DNA of 64,000 nucleotides from Polyangiales bacterium (GTDB taxonomy: Bacteria; Myxococcota_A; Polyangia; Polyangiales; Polyangiaceae). Both the position numbers and the translations under genes were made by a program. Location: contig JBBRLQ010000032.1 in assembly GCA_038231275.1 (NCBI GenBank), forward strand, positions 21,042 to 85,041, written 5' to 3'. Under the pieces are notes generated by a model. The model did not search any database. It saw only the letters and a list, made by a program, of their open reading frames with translations, and had not been told where the DNA came from. Below are positions 49,701 to 58,959 of this stretch, in pieces; the first letter of the stretch is position 1; the number at the start of each line of letters is the position of its first letter.

Positions 49701-49841
49701 GCGGGCCTCCACGCCGTTCAGGATCTCCCGCGCTTGCTCGACCTTGCGTCCGAGCGACGCGATGAAGTCGGCCCGGGCGCCCCCGAGGTGCCCGCTCCGA
49801 TTTTCCCCCTGCTCCTTCGCGTCGCGACGGTCGGTCGTCAT
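46725..49841 (-). CDS. Membrane-anchored multidomain response regulator (Hpt-like, 2 REC, DUF4388-like, TM, PEGA-like)
   Basis: LRRRLHALGVSA; VVVVDDD...SDILMPGLDG...LLSWK; VRGRLDGLTVTSLL; TM WTYVAVAAGAAVIVWAAL; IKVDG...LKAGSHDV. Confidence 0.82.
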   Translation of the reverse strand: MTTDRRDAKEQGENRSGHLGGARADFIASLGRKVEQAREILNGVEARAADPEPREELRRRLHALGVSAKMMHLDVMARTLAEADGLLERVSKAGVIGAADVAELAQVLDDLPALAWGETPKDTSVPKVAAASAAPMQESPASVASFPALTRSCVLFGSEMIAEALTDEAYDGATFECERTEHVQAAIGLARSLAPDVVVVDADVPAALELVETLLDDPLTESVPILVIGTFAASEQAARFVALGVTRTIPKPISPESLRATCDEAIASREGRTVRVSLGEPTLEQLGDRLANEVRQALVDSVDRAGRTVRVPLGEGTEVLGAIWGAIARVREVVTSRTDGAVRFGKGPEGSIALAPVLSSDVARGDRAAARVRGPAADVRLTGRKVVVVDDDPGVTWFIADLLRTAGCQVFEALDGARALELCHQHSPELVVSDILMPGLDGFALCRALKRDLALRDTPVILLSWKEDLLQRVRELGASAAAYLRKESDSRAIVARVREVLRPRARVEARIKSNGEVRGRLDGLTVTSLLTLVCAIRPFSRLSVRDATFLYEVEIRHGAPKRVTRTAGDGGFQRGPSVLTAMLGISAGRFTLADSDATITGDLRGALAEQLAPAIALARGAAHATTGARVVTVERVLFDEAVVEAYLRATPGAARDLIERLAEGASPRAILLGGATDPSLLEDVLSDLAARGAVVGVVGTDGVDMLSPAVERARAVMGSHEPAPSPPVGATRSTRPGAVSDAPKAATPTQTPSNPSRGPSSLADAVMREISHRSPEPGASRPVSSSPPPLVEPANLKPRSNPPTDMVGDVVPEEAPPFKARLTLAEIADQTDVEHTAVEAREMSIPVLVETSQPERVAPIAQAVSEEASEEMDDEHVADPAEKPAIERSERTPLSSVVAESALPVHRTKRWTYVAVAAGAAVIVWAALQTRSVAPPEPVSGHAPTVTNATALPPRAIEPVFVDPPAGAVLAAGEGMLIVAMPEEAPIKVDGVPRGRGPKLALTLKAGSHDVLLGGADRPRSLEVRAGRATKLELPETP

Positions 49842-49918
49842 GGCCACTCCAGTCTCGGCCGTAGCATGGTCCGCCGCCGGCGGGCTAGTTTGCGGTACCC
49901 TGCTGCGGGGAGACCACG

Positions 49919-51136
49919 ATGACCGACCTCACGGACTTCAGGTTCAGGCCGGCCAAAGACGAGGACACCGACCGGCTCCTCGAGATCCACGCGAGCGTCT
50001 TCCCGGACCCGCGCGGACCCGAGGAGCGTCGCCGGAACTTCCATCACAACGCGCTGGGTGGCCTGGCGGATCTGCACGTCGTCGAGCTCGAGGGGCGCCT
50101 CCTCGCCCACGCGTTCCTCTTTCCCCTGGAGGTGTGGATCGGCGGGCGGCCGGTCCCGGCGGGCGGCGTCGCGAGCGTCGGCGTCGCCCCCGAGGCCCGC
50201 GGTCGCCGTATCGCGAGCCGCCTCCTCACGCACCTCCACGAGCTCTCCCACGCGCGCGGCGACGTGATGACCATGCTCTACCCGTTTCGCCAGGGATTTT
50301 ACCTGCGCCACGGGTACGCGCCCGTCACGCCGTCGCGCCGGCTGACGTTCACGCCGCACGCCCTGCCGAAGCCATGGAGCCTTCCTCCTTCTGGCCTCGT
50401 CGTTCGTCCGATCGAGGGGGCCGATCGTGAGGGGATCGAGCGCGCGTACCTGCGCGCCGCCGGGCGGACCACCGGATGGATCACGCGCCCGCCGCGCCTC
50501 TGGGATGCGCGCCTGCTCGACGAGCGACGACGCTGGTTCGTCGCGACGCGCGGCAGCGGCGTGGTCGGCTTCGTCTCGTGGCTCCTCACGCAGGCGGCGG
50601 CTCACGGCGCCATTACCCTGGCGGTTCTCGATCTGGTCGCGGACGACGACGAGGTGCGGCGCGCGCTGCTCGGGCTCGTCGGCGCGCAGCGTGATCAAGC
50701 GCATCGCGTGGAGCTCGAGGTCGATCAGAGCGACGCCATCGATCGCGCGCTCGTCGACGCCGATCTAGGCTCGTTCGGAACGCCCGAGATGGAGCACCCG
50801 CTCGGTGTGGTGGCCGGCGGCCCGCTCGTCCGCGTTCCGGATCCGACCCGCGCCCTCGTCGCGCGAGGCTACGCGAATGACGGCGGTGTCGATCTCGAGG
50901 TGGAAGGCGAGCGGCTTCGCGTCGAGAGCCACGCCGGGCAAGCGCAGATCACCGCCACGCGCGCGTCGGCGCCGCTGGTCCTCGACAGACCCACCCTCGC
51001 CGCGATCGTGTGTGGCGGGCTCTCCCCGACCGACGCGGCGCGCATCGGCTGGCTCCAGGCGCCCGATCCCGGTACGTTGCGCGCCGCGGACGCCCTGTTC
51101 GCGCTCCCCCCCTATTTTGCCGTCGATCCCTTCTGA
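49919..51136 (+). CDS. Eis-like GNAT acetyltransferase (two GNAT domains plus SCP2-like C-terminus)
   Basis: GVASVGVAPEARGRRIA and LYPFRQGFYLRHGY motifs; 405 aa. Confidence 0.88.
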   Translation: MTDLTDFRFRPAKDEDTDRLLEIHASVFPDPRGPEERRRNFHHNALGGLADLHVVELEGRLLAHAFLFPLEVWIGGRPVPAGGVASVGVAPEARGRRIASRLLTHLHELSHARGDVMTMLYPFRQGFYLRHGYAPVTPSRRLTFTPHALPKPWSLPPSGLVVRPIEGADREGIERAYLRAAGRTTGWITRPPRLWDARLLDERRRWFVATRGSGVVGFVSWLLTQAAAHGAITLAVLDLVADDDEVRRALLGLVGAQRDQAHRVELEVDQSDAIDRALVDADLGSFGTPEMEHPLGVVAGGPLVRVPDPTRALVARGYANDGGVDLEVEGERLRVESHAGQAQITATRASAPLVLDRPTLAAIVCGGLSPTDAARIGWLQAPDPGTLRAADALFALPPYFAVDPF

Positions 51137-51137
51137 G

Positions 51138-51926
51138 ATGCCGCTCGCCCCCGAGCCCGACGCCCATGTCTCGTTCGTCACGCGCCTCGGCTCGGTCTTC
51201 GGCGCCGGTGCGCTCGCAGCGCTCGCCGCGTCGATGCCCGCCGCGACCCGCGTAGCGCGCGCGGCGGACGGGCGCTTCGGCGTGACGGGCGTGTGGCTCG
51301 CGCTCGCGGCGTCGGCGCTGGTGCCGATGATCGTCGCGGTCGCGATCCTTCGCGGGGCGCGACGCGGCGCCGACTCGCTCGCGGGGGATGCGCCCACGCC
51401 GCGCGCGCTCGGGGCCGCGATCTGGGCGTTCGCGGCGACGTTGACGCTCATGGCGTTCGGCGCGGCGTTGCGCGCGACGACGCATCACCACGCGCTCGCC
51501 GGCGCCACGTACGCGCTCGTGGGGATCGTGGTCGTCGCGGCGCTCGCGTTGCTGACCGCGCGCCTCGTCGCCGTCGCGTCGGGATGGCCGCCGCTCGCGC
51601 AGCGCGCGATCCTCGGCGCGCTCGCGCTTCTCCTTCTCGGCGCGCTCGTGCTGGTCTCCACGAGGGTGTCGCGCACGTCGCCGCCCGCGGCGCTGCTCTT
51701 GGTCGACGTGCTCGCCGCGTTCATCGCCGCGGGCATCGCGGCAGGCCCGGCCCTCGCGACCTCACGCGTCTTCGCCGCGCTCGGGCCGCCGCTGGCGGTC
51801 ATCGTCCTCGTCCTCGGGCTCGGCGGCCTCCGCGGGGCGCCCAAAGTCCCCGCCGCCGTGCGCACGCACGCCCCGCTGCTCAACTGGCCGGTCGATTGCA
51901 CGGCTCAGCTCGTCCGTAAACGTTGA
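51138..51926 (+). CDS. Multi-pass membrane protein
   Basis: ATG 1 nt after the upstream stop; many TM segments. Confidence 0.7.
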   Translation: MPLAPEPDAHVSFVTRLGSVFGAGALAALAASMPAATRVARAADGRFGVTGVWLALAASALVPMIVAVAILRGARRGADSLAGDAPTPRALGAAIWAFAATLTLMAFGAALRATTHHHALAGATYALVGIVVVAALALLTARLVAVASGWPPLAQRAILGALALLLLGALVLVSTRVSRTSPPAALLLVDVLAAFIAAGIAAGPALATSRVFAALGPPLAVIVLVLGLGGLRGAPKVPAAVRTHAPLLNWPVDCTAQLVRKR

Positions 51927-51963
51927 CGGGGCCGCGTCCGTCCTTATCTTCGACAGGGCCACC

Positions 51964-52695
51964 ATGTACAACATGAGCCCCTCTGCCGCGGGTAGCGCCG
52001 CGACCTCCGCGTCCACCCTCGGCTACCTGCGCCGCGTGTACCTCTACTTCGCCGGCGGCATCGCTGCCGCGATCGCCGGCGCGTTGGTTGCGCTGTACGC
52101 AGGCGCGCCGGTCGCCGTCGCGGATGGGGTGAGCGTCCCGCCGCTCGTTGGGTTCTTCATCGAGCATTGGGTCGTCGGCCTCGTCCTCTACTTCGGCGCG
52201 TTCATGGCCGCGTCCACCCTGCGGCGCCGCCCGGGCGTGAACGTCGCGGCGCTCGGCGCGTACACGTTCGTGACCGGCCTCTACCTCGCGCCGATGCTCT
52301 TCTTCGCCCAGCTGATGGCGTCGCAGGGCCAGACGCTCGACGCGAGCCCGGTGCGCGACGCGTTCCTCCTCACAGGCGCGGCGTTCACCGGCCTGTCGGG
52401 CTACGTGCTGATTTCGAAGAAGGACTTCTCCTTCCTCGGCGCCGCGCTCTCGATGGGCATTTGGGTCATCTTGGGCGCGATGCTGCTCGCGTTCTTCGTC
52501 CACTCGGCGGCGCTGCACCTCGCCATCGCCAGCGTCGGCGTCCTCCTCTTTTGTGGGTACATCCTCTACGACACCTCCCGCATCCTGCGCGAGCGTGACG
52601 ACGACGCGGTGGGCGCCGCGCTCCGACTGTTCCTCGACGTCGTGAACCTGTTCGTCTTCTTGCTCCGCATCCTCTCGTCGCAACGCAGCCGCTGA
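51964..52695 (+). CDS. Bax inhibitor-1/YccA family membrane protein
   Basis: YLRRVY, KKDFSFLG, YILYDTSRI and AALRLFLDVVNLF motifs. Confidence 0.93.
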   Translation: MYNMSPSAAGSAATSASTLGYLRRVYLYFAGGIAAAIAGALVALYAGAPVAVADGVSVPPLVGFFIEHWVVGLVLYFGAFMAASTLRRRPGVNVAALGAYTFVTGLYLAPMLFFAQLMASQGQTLDASPVRDAFLLTGAAFTGLSGYVLISKKDFSFLGAALSMGIWVILGAMLLAFFVHSAALHLAIASVGVLLFCGYILYDTSRILRERDDDAVGAALRLFLDVVNLFVFLLRILSSQRSR

Positions 52696-52697
52696 CG

Positions 52698-53477
52698 ATG
52701 CGCGCGCTCTTCGTCGCGGTCGCCACGGCTGCCGTTTGTGTCGTAGCGATTCCCGGCGCGTCGTACGCACAACCGGCGGCGACGGCGCCTTCGGGTGAGT
52801 CCGGCCCTGCGCCGCGCGCGCCTTCGCGTGGCCTCGCGGTGCTCGCCGTGGGCGACGGGTCGGCTGTCGCGTGGCCGCTCGCGCGCGCGCTCTACGCGAA
52901 GCCCGGCGTTCGCCCGGCGGAGGTCGACGAAGCGCACGCGCGCGTCCTCGCCGGCGAGCCGCCGCTGGCCGGTGCCTCCAAAGACCTCATGGACTTGGCC
53001 GAGACGCGCGCCGCGATCCATGGCGAGGACGCGCCGTCGCGCCAGCTCCTTTCGTCGATCGCAACCACCTTCCACCTGCGCGGCATCGTAGTGGTGATGC
53101 CTGCCACCGACGCCTCGCCGCTCCCGCAAGCGCGCGTCTTCGTGGCGGAGGGCGCGTCGTTCGACGCCGCGCGTTACGCGCCCGAGGCGAGCGACGCGGG
53201 CGAGCCGGACTGGAGCGGAGCGATCGTCTCGCTGGATCGCACGTATGGAATTTCGATCGCGTCTACTCCCGCACCGGCGGCAAAACCCGCGCCTGATCTG
53301 GCGACGCACGCCCTTCCCGCCGGCAATGAGAAGGACGCGACTTCACGGCCCTTTTACGCGTCCCCGTGGTTTTGGGGAGCGATCGGCGCAGCGGCGCTAG
53401 GCGCGACCGCGCTCTACTTCGCGACGCGGGACAACACGCCGTCGACGATCCATCTTCAGTTGCAGGTCCCCAAGTGA
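52698..53477 (+). CDS. Secreted/membrane protein of unknown function
   Basis: Signal peptide; C-terminal PFYASPWFWGAIGAAALG segment. Confidence 0.7.
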   Translation: MRALFVAVATAAVCVVAIPGASYAQPAATAPSGESGPAPRAPSRGLAVLAVGDGSAVAWPLARALYAKPGVRPAEVDEAHARVLAGEPPLAGASKDLMDLAETRAAIHGEDAPSRQLLSSIATTFHLRGIVVVMPATDASPLPQARVFVAEGASFDAARYAPEASDAGEPDWSGAIVSLDRTYGISIASTPAPAAKPAPDLATHALPAGNEKDATSRPFYASPWFWGAIGAAALGATALYFATRDNTPSTIHLQLQVPK

Positions 53478-54607
53478 TCGCCGTCCTCTCTGCCCGCCTC
53501 GCCAAGCTGGTCGCGATCTTCGTGACCACGCTCGCGATCGCCGTGCTCGCGTTCGGCGGCGTCGCGCGTGCCGAAGATCCGGTGCTGGCGCCACCGCGCG
53601 ACGTGCCGCTCGTCCTTCGCGCGGAGTCCCTCAAGGTGCCGCCGGTGCCCGCGACCTACCAGCAGAAGGATCTCGGCTGGATCAAATTCTCCTACGTCCC
53701 CAGCGCACACGAGCGCGTCGCGCCGCTCATCCGCGACGCCGAGGAAATCAAAGCGCGCTTGACCGACGAGCTCGGCCAGCCGGTGCTCTCCAGCGTCGAG
53801 GTCCGCATCGCCCGCACGCCCGAGGAGATGGCGACCCTCGCCCCGCTCGAAGCGCCGCCGCCCCCCTACGGCAGCGGCGTCGCGTACCTCCAGCTGCACC
53901 TCGTCCTCCTCACGCTCCAAGCGCCGCAGTCCAACGAGGGCGTCGATCTCGACGAGGTCTTCCGCCACGAGCTCACGCACGTCGCGCTCGAGGACGCGGT
54001 CGCAGGTCGCCACGTGCCGCGCTGGTTCAACGAGGGTCTCGCGATCTACGAGTCGCAAGAGAACCCGTGGATGCGCATGAAGAGCCTCGGCGACGCCACG
54101 CTCTCCGGAACGCTCCTCCCGCTCGCCGACATCGATCGCAGCTTCCCCGACAGCGGCTACGAGGTCAGCGTCGCGTACGCCGAGTCGGCCGACTTCGTGC
54201 GCTTCATGATGCGCAGGGCCGACCACGAGCGCTTCGCTCGGATGATCGAGCGCGTGCGCGGCGGGCAGGCCTTCGACCGCGCCGTCGCCGACGCCTACTC
54301 CAGCGATCTGCACAAGCTCGAGTTCCAATGGAAGGAGGAGCTGAGCAAGCGCTTTACCTACCTCCCGGCGCTGACCGGCGGCTCGCTCATCTGGGTCTTG
54401 GTCATCGGCGCGCTCGTCTACGGCTACGTGAAGAAGCGGCGCCGCGCGAAGGCGACGCTCGCGCGCTGGGAAAAAGAGGAGGCAGCGGCGCTCGATGCCA
54501 TCCAGGCCGCGAAGGACGTCGACGCACGCCCCACCTTCGAGCAAATCGTCGCGAAGGCCGACCTCCCGCGCGTCGAGCACGAGGGCGGCTGGCATACTCT
54601 TCACTGA
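53474..54607 (+). CDS. Peptidase MA-like zinc metallopeptidase with C-terminal TM
   Basis: HELTH (HExxH), PRWFNEGLA and AYAES motifs. Confidence 0.85.
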   Translation: MIAVLSARLAKLVAIFVTTLAIAVLAFGGVARAEDPVLAPPRDVPLVLRAESLKVPPVPATYQQKDLGWIKFSYVPSAHERVAPLIRDAEEIKARLTDELGQPVLSSVEVRIARTPEEMATLAPLEAPPPPYGSGVAYLQLHLVLLTLQAPQSNEGVDLDEVFRHELTHVALEDAVAGRHVPRWFNEGLAIYESQENPWMRMKSLGDATLSGTLLPLADIDRSFPDSGYEVSVAYAESADFVRFMMRRADHERFARMIERVRGGQAFDRAVADAYSSDLHKLEFQWKEELSKRFTYLPALTGGSLIWVLVIGALVYGYVKKRRRAKATLARWEKEEAAALDAIQAAKDVDARPTFEQIVAKADLPRVEHEGGWHTLH

Positions 54608-54735
54608 CGAAGTCAGTGAAGAGTTCCGGTTTGGTGGGGCTACGCCCCCTCATTCGCCGGGCGAATGAGCCTCCCCGCGTCGCCCTTTGGGCGAAGGCCT
54701 GCCGAGAGGGCAGGCCGGCGGGCCCGGAGGTTTCG
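54596..54735. repeat. Cluster of consecutive hairpins (REP-like element, terminator or structured RNA)
   Basis: ACTCTTCACTGAC-GAA-GTCAGTGAAGAGT; GGGGC-TAC-GCCCC; CTCATTCGC-CGG-GCGAATGAG; TCGCCC-TTT-GGGCGA; GGCCTGCC-GAGAG-GGCAGGCC. Confidence 0.75.
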
Positions 54736-54751
54736 GGTTAGGTCGGTTAGC

Positions 54752-55930
54752 CTATTTGGGGCTGACGGTGGGGCAGCCTTCGATGACGCGGACGTCGAGG
54801 GCGGAGCCGCTGAGGACGCGGTCGCAGGAGGCGCCGACGAGCGTGATCGTCGCGTTGTCGAGGGTCCAGCCGTTGACGGGGTCCTTCGCGATCGGTTTCT
54901 CGTCGATGTAGACGTTGACCAGGTTTGGATCGGCCGGCGGCCCTGAGAGGGGAAGCGTGCAGGATGCAATGATCTTCGCGACGATCTGCGAGAGCGCGGT
55001 GAGGAGCGCCTTCTCGTCGGCGGTGTCGACGCGGTAGTAGAGCGGTGACGATGCGCGGGCGGTGTGGCCTGCGGTCGCGAGCTGCTCGAGGACGCCGGCG
55101 TACGGACCGCTCCCGGGCACGCCCACGACGTACGTGTCGATGCCCGCGCTCTCCAGCTCGGTGACCGCGTCGATGGTCGTCTGCGCGTCGAGGCACGACT
55201 CGGGGCCGAAGTTGGTGGGCACGCAGCAGTTCGGCGGCGTGTTCGGCGCGCAGCCGGCGGCGGCCGACTCGATGTTGGCGATGCAGCCCGCGACGTCGCA
55301 CGTCACGCGTGAGTTGCAGTTGGGGCCGCCGTCGGTCGCGAGGATGACGAAGACCTTGCCGGGGATGCCAGCGAGGCGCGGCTTCAAGTTGCGGAGCGTC
55401 TGCGCGGTGGGCGTGCCGCCGTTGGCGATCACGTTGGTCGCCGCCGCGAGCGTGCGCGTCGTGAAGCCCGGCGTTCCGGCCGGCGCGTCGCCGAGGCGCG
55501 GGCGCATGACTTCGAGACCCGGCGCGCAGTCGTTGGTCGACGGGTTCGGGAATACCGCGGCGCCGAAGCTGGCGCGCGGCCCGACCGCGGTGACGAGCTG
55601 CTGGGTGACCGCGCGCACCGTCTGCCATTTTCCGTCGATGGTCATGCTGCCCGAACGATCGAGCACGAAGTAGATCGTCGGCGCCTCGGTCTGGAGCGGG
55701 ACGTCGGTGCAGCCGCAGATTCCGCCGTCGGCGGCGACGAGCTCGCATTTCGGCGTCGCGAACGTCGCGTCGAGATCGAACTGATTCGGCGGACGGCTGG
55801 CGCCGCCATCGTCCCCGGGGAGGTAGTCGCCGCTGACAGGCGGGTGCCCGTTGCCGCAGCCGGCCGCCGTCGCGAGGCCGAGGCCCGCGAGAACCGCTGC
55901 CGCGTTCACGAAGCGGTAACGCGCGCCCAC
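54752..55930 (-). CDS. Cys-rich VWA-domain lipoprotein (CglB-like)
   Basis: Lipobox AAGC; MIDAS DRSGS, TPT and ATDG motifs. Confidence 0.85.
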   Translation of the reverse strand: MGARYRFVNAAAVLAGLGLATAAGCGNGHPPVSGDYLPGDDGGASRPPNQFDLDATFATPKCELVAADGGICGCTDVPLQTEAPTIYFVLDRSGSMTIDGKWQTVRAVTQQLVTAVGPRASFGAAVFPNPSTNDCAPGLEVMRPRLGDAPAGTPGFTTRTLAAATNVIANGGTPTAQTLRNLKPRLAGIPGKVFVILATDGGPNCNSRVTCDVAGCIANIESAAAGCAPNTPPNCCVPTNFGPESCLDAQTTIDAVTELESAGIDTYVVGVPGSGPYAGVLEQLATAGHTARASSPLYYRVDTADEKALLTALSQIVAKIIASCTLPLSGPPADPNLVNVYIDEKPIAKDPVNGWTLDNATITLVGASCDRVLSGSALDVRVIEGCPTVSPK

Positions 55931-56007
55931 GGCCTCATCCTAGCACCCGCGCCGAAAGAAGCGGGCACGCGCGCCAAGGTTCGGGTGTTGCGGTAGCGTT
56001 CGGAGCG

Positions 56008-58938
56008 TTGGTGCGCCGTTTTTTCGAGATCCTGGCCCTCGTCGTGTGCGCGCTCGCCGTGGGCGCGGTGCCGGGATCCGCGCTGCGCAAGATCGCCTTC
56101 GTCCTCACCGCGCCGCCGCTCCCGGACACCACCGCCGAGCGCGACGGAGTGCTCGTCGTGACGGCGAAGGACGCGGCCGGGGCGATCGTTCCCGGCGTGA
56201 GCGCGCAGGCCTTCGCGATCGTCGAAGGCAAGGCATACTCTGCGGGGGCGGCGAAGGGGGACTCTGCCGGGAAGGCGACGATCCGCCGGCTCCCGCACGG
56301 CGAGCATTGGGTGCTCGTCGACGCGCCGGGGCATTCGCGCGCGTCGTCGCAGCTGGTCCTCGTCGGAGGCGAGCGCGTGCTCGCGGTGGAGCTCGGCGAG
56401 GAGCACGTCGTCACGCTCGAGGTGAGGGACGAGCAAGGCGCCGCGATCCCGGGCGCCGAGCTCGAAGTGGCGGGCCGCGATCCGTTGCCCATCGGAGCGC
56501 GCACGGGCGCGGACGGGAACGCGCGCGTCGGCAGGCTCGGGCCGCCGCCGTGGATCGTGACGGCGCGCGCGACGGGCTACGAAGAGGTCACGCAGCGCGC
56601 GGTGCGAGAGGCCGGCGCGCGCATCACGCTGCGTCGCCTCGGCGCCATCGTCGTCGAGGTGCAGGCCGAAAATGGCGCTCCGGCGCCGGGGGCAAAGGTG
56701 CTCGTCGCGGGGCCGACGCTCTGGCCTCCGCGCATGGCCGAGACGACGTCGACCGGCAAGGTGCGGATCGGCGCGCTCCCGGCGGGTGCGTACGCGCTCC
56801 GTGCGACGTCGGGCGACGCGGTCTCGCCGACCGAGCTCGCGGTGCCGCTCGCGCGTGGCGAGGAGAAGACCGTGACGCTGAAGCTCGCGCCCGGCGTGCG
56901 GGTGCCCGTGCGTGTCCTGTCCGAGGACGAGACGCCGGTCGCGGCGGCGCGCGTCACGCTGGCGGAGGGCGGCGTCACGCCGTTTCCGCTCGAGGCCGCG
57001 ACGGACAAAGCGGGTCGCGCGATTCTGGGGCCCATCGCGCGCGGTCCCGCGTCGCTCGCGGCGAGCGCCGACGGCTTCGTACCGCGGGGCGCAATCGCAG
57101 TGCCGGAGCCGCTCGCCGGTGAGGTCACGATCGTCCTCGCGCGCGCGGGGATCCTGGTCGGGCGCGTCGTCGACACGCGCGGCTTCCCGGTGGACGGCGC
57201 GAGCCTGGTCGTGGTCGGGACCGATTTTTCGGGCGCGCCCATCGACGAAGATCCAAGGCGCGCGCGATTTCGTGAGGCGCACTTCGCAGCGACGCTGCGC
57301 GGTCCGTCGCCGCTCCTCCCGATGGGTGAGCTCGGGGTGATGCCGGGCCCGGTGCCGCCGATCCCGCACGCGATGAGCCTCGCGCCGACGCTCCCGATCG
57401 CGGGCGCCGGCGCGAACGCTCCGACTGCGCCGCCGGCCGAGCCATGGGTGACGCGAGGGGATGGGACCTTCCGCGCGGCGCCCGTCTCGCCGGGCCGCGT
57501 GCGGGTGCTGGTGCGCCACCCACAGTTCACCGACGCCCTCAGCGAGCCGGTCACGCTGCGCTCGGGCGCCGAGGCGACGATCGACGTCGTCATGCGTCGC
57601 GGCGGCACGCTCGAGGGGCGCGTCGTGGACGCGGGCGGTCGTCCGGTCTCTGGCGCGCACGTCACCGTGGCCGCCGTCCGCGGCGCGATCGAGCGCGCGA
57701 CGCGAAGCGCGGGCGACGGGACCTTCGCGTTCGCCGCGGTGCCCGAAGAGGTGAGCGTCTCGGTCGCGCGCGCCGAGGACTCCGAGCCGGTCGCGCGCGT
57801 CTCCGTCACCATCCCAGAGGGCGAAAAGCGGACGATCACGATCGCGCTCCCCGAGCCTCGCCCCCCTCTCGACGCGCGCGTCACCGACGATCGCGGCTAC
57901 CCGATCGACGCCGCGCAGCTATCGGCGCAGTCGCTCGATCCCGCCTCGCCGCTCCGTGTGACGGCGTTCACGAGCCCGCGTGGAGAGGCGCAAATTCCGA
58001 GCGCTCGCGGCCTCGCGCTGCGCGTGGAGGTGCGCGCCGCCGGTCGTGCCCCGCGCGTCGTGAACGTGGAGCCGCAGGCCGCGGGCCTCCTCGTCGTCCT
58101 CCAGCCCGCCGAGTCCGCGAAGGGCGAGGTCCGCTCCGCGCACGGCCGCGGCGACGCCATCGAAGGCGCGGAGATCGTCGTCTACACCGACCTCGGCGCG
58201 CGCCACACGACGACGGATCGCGAGGGCGCGTTCGCGCTCGGAGAGCTCGCGGCGGGTCCCGCGCGCCTCCGCGTCCGCGCCGTCGGCTTCGCGCCGAAGG
58301 AGCTCGCGGTGACCATCGACGCGAATGGGGGCGGGAGGCCGACCCAGCTGCCGCGCGTCGAGCTCGGCGGCGAAGGGATCGTGGAGGGCATCGTCGTCGA
58401 CGGTCGCGGCGATCCCGTGCAGGGTGCACGCATCGCGAAGGACCGCGTTCCCGTCTATCTCGCCGTCGGAGCGACACCCGCCGGCGTGGCGGTCACCGAC
58501 GCGCGCGGCCGTTTCAAGCTCGCCGAGCTTGCGGAGGGCGCGTGCGTGCTCGAGATCTACGCGCCCGACGTCGGTCGAACGCGGGTGGAAGGCGTGCGCG
58601 TCGTCGCCGGTCGGGCGATCGACCTCGGGCGAGTGACGTTGCGAAAGGAAGGCGGCGACGGCACCGTCCCGGCGTCGCGAGGCGGCGTCGCGGTCACGCT
58701 CGGCGAGACGAGCGATCACGAGGTCGTCCTCGTCTCGGTCGCCGAGGCCTCGGAGGCAGAGCGCGCCGGCCTCGCCCCTGGCGATCTGCTCGACGAGGTC
58801 GACGGCGCCAAAGTGACCACGATCGCCGAGGCCCGCGCCAAGCTGAACGGCGCCGTCGGGGACGACGTCGTCCTCAAGCTGCGCCGCGCCGACAAGCCCC
58901 TGGCCCTGCGCGTCCCCCGCGAAGAAGTCCGCCGGTAG
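56008..58938 (+). CDS. Carboxypeptidase-regulatory-like repeat protein with C-terminal PDZ domain
   Basis: Repeated GRVVD..G.PV.GA.V modules; SEAERAGLAPGDLLDEVDG PDZ motif. Confidence 0.85.
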   Translation: MVRRFFEILALVVCALAVGAVPGSALRKIAFVLTAPPLPDTTAERDGVLVVTAKDAAGAIVPGVSAQAFAIVEGKAYSAGAAKGDSAGKATIRRLPHGEHWVLVDAPGHSRASSQLVLVGGERVLAVELGEEHVVTLEVRDEQGAAIPGAELEVAGRDPLPIGARTGADGNARVGRLGPPPWIVTARATGYEEVTQRAVREAGARITLRRLGAIVVEVQAENGAPAPGAKVLVAGPTLWPPRMAETTSTGKVRIGALPAGAYALRATSGDAVSPTELAVPLARGEEKTVTLKLAPGVRVPVRVLSEDETPVAAARVTLAEGGVTPFPLEAATDKAGRAILGPIARGPASLAASADGFVPRGAIAVPEPLAGEVTIVLARAGILVGRVVDTRGFPVDGASLVVVGTDFSGAPIDEDPRRARFREAHFAATLRGPSPLLPMGELGVMPGPVPPIPHAMSLAPTLPIAGAGANAPTAPPAEPWVTRGDGTFRAAPVSPGRVRVLVRHPQFTDALSEPVTLRSGAEATIDVVMRRGGTLEGRVVDAGGRPVSGAHVTVAAVRGAIERATRSAGDGTFAFAAVPEEVSVSVARAEDSEPVARVSVTIPEGEKRTITIALPEPRPPLDARVTDDRGYPIDAAQLSAQSLDPASPLRVTAFTSPRGEAQIPSARGLALRVEVRAAGRAPRVVNVEPQAAGLLVVLQPAESAKGEVRSAHGRGDAIEGAEIVVYTDLGARHTTTDREGAFALGELAAGPARLRVRAVGFAPKELAVTIDANGGGRPTQLPRVELGGEGIVEGIVVDGRGDPVQGARIAKDRVPVYLAVGATPAGVAVTDARGRFKLAELAEGACVLEIYAPDVGRTRVEGVRVVAGRAIDLGRVTLRKEGGDGTVPASRGGVAVTLGETSDHEVVLVSVAEASEAERAGLAPGDLLDEVDGAKVTTIAEARAKLNGAVGDDVVLKLRRADKPLALRVPREEVRR

Positions 58939-58959
58939 CTGTTCTGATTGGACGGTCTT

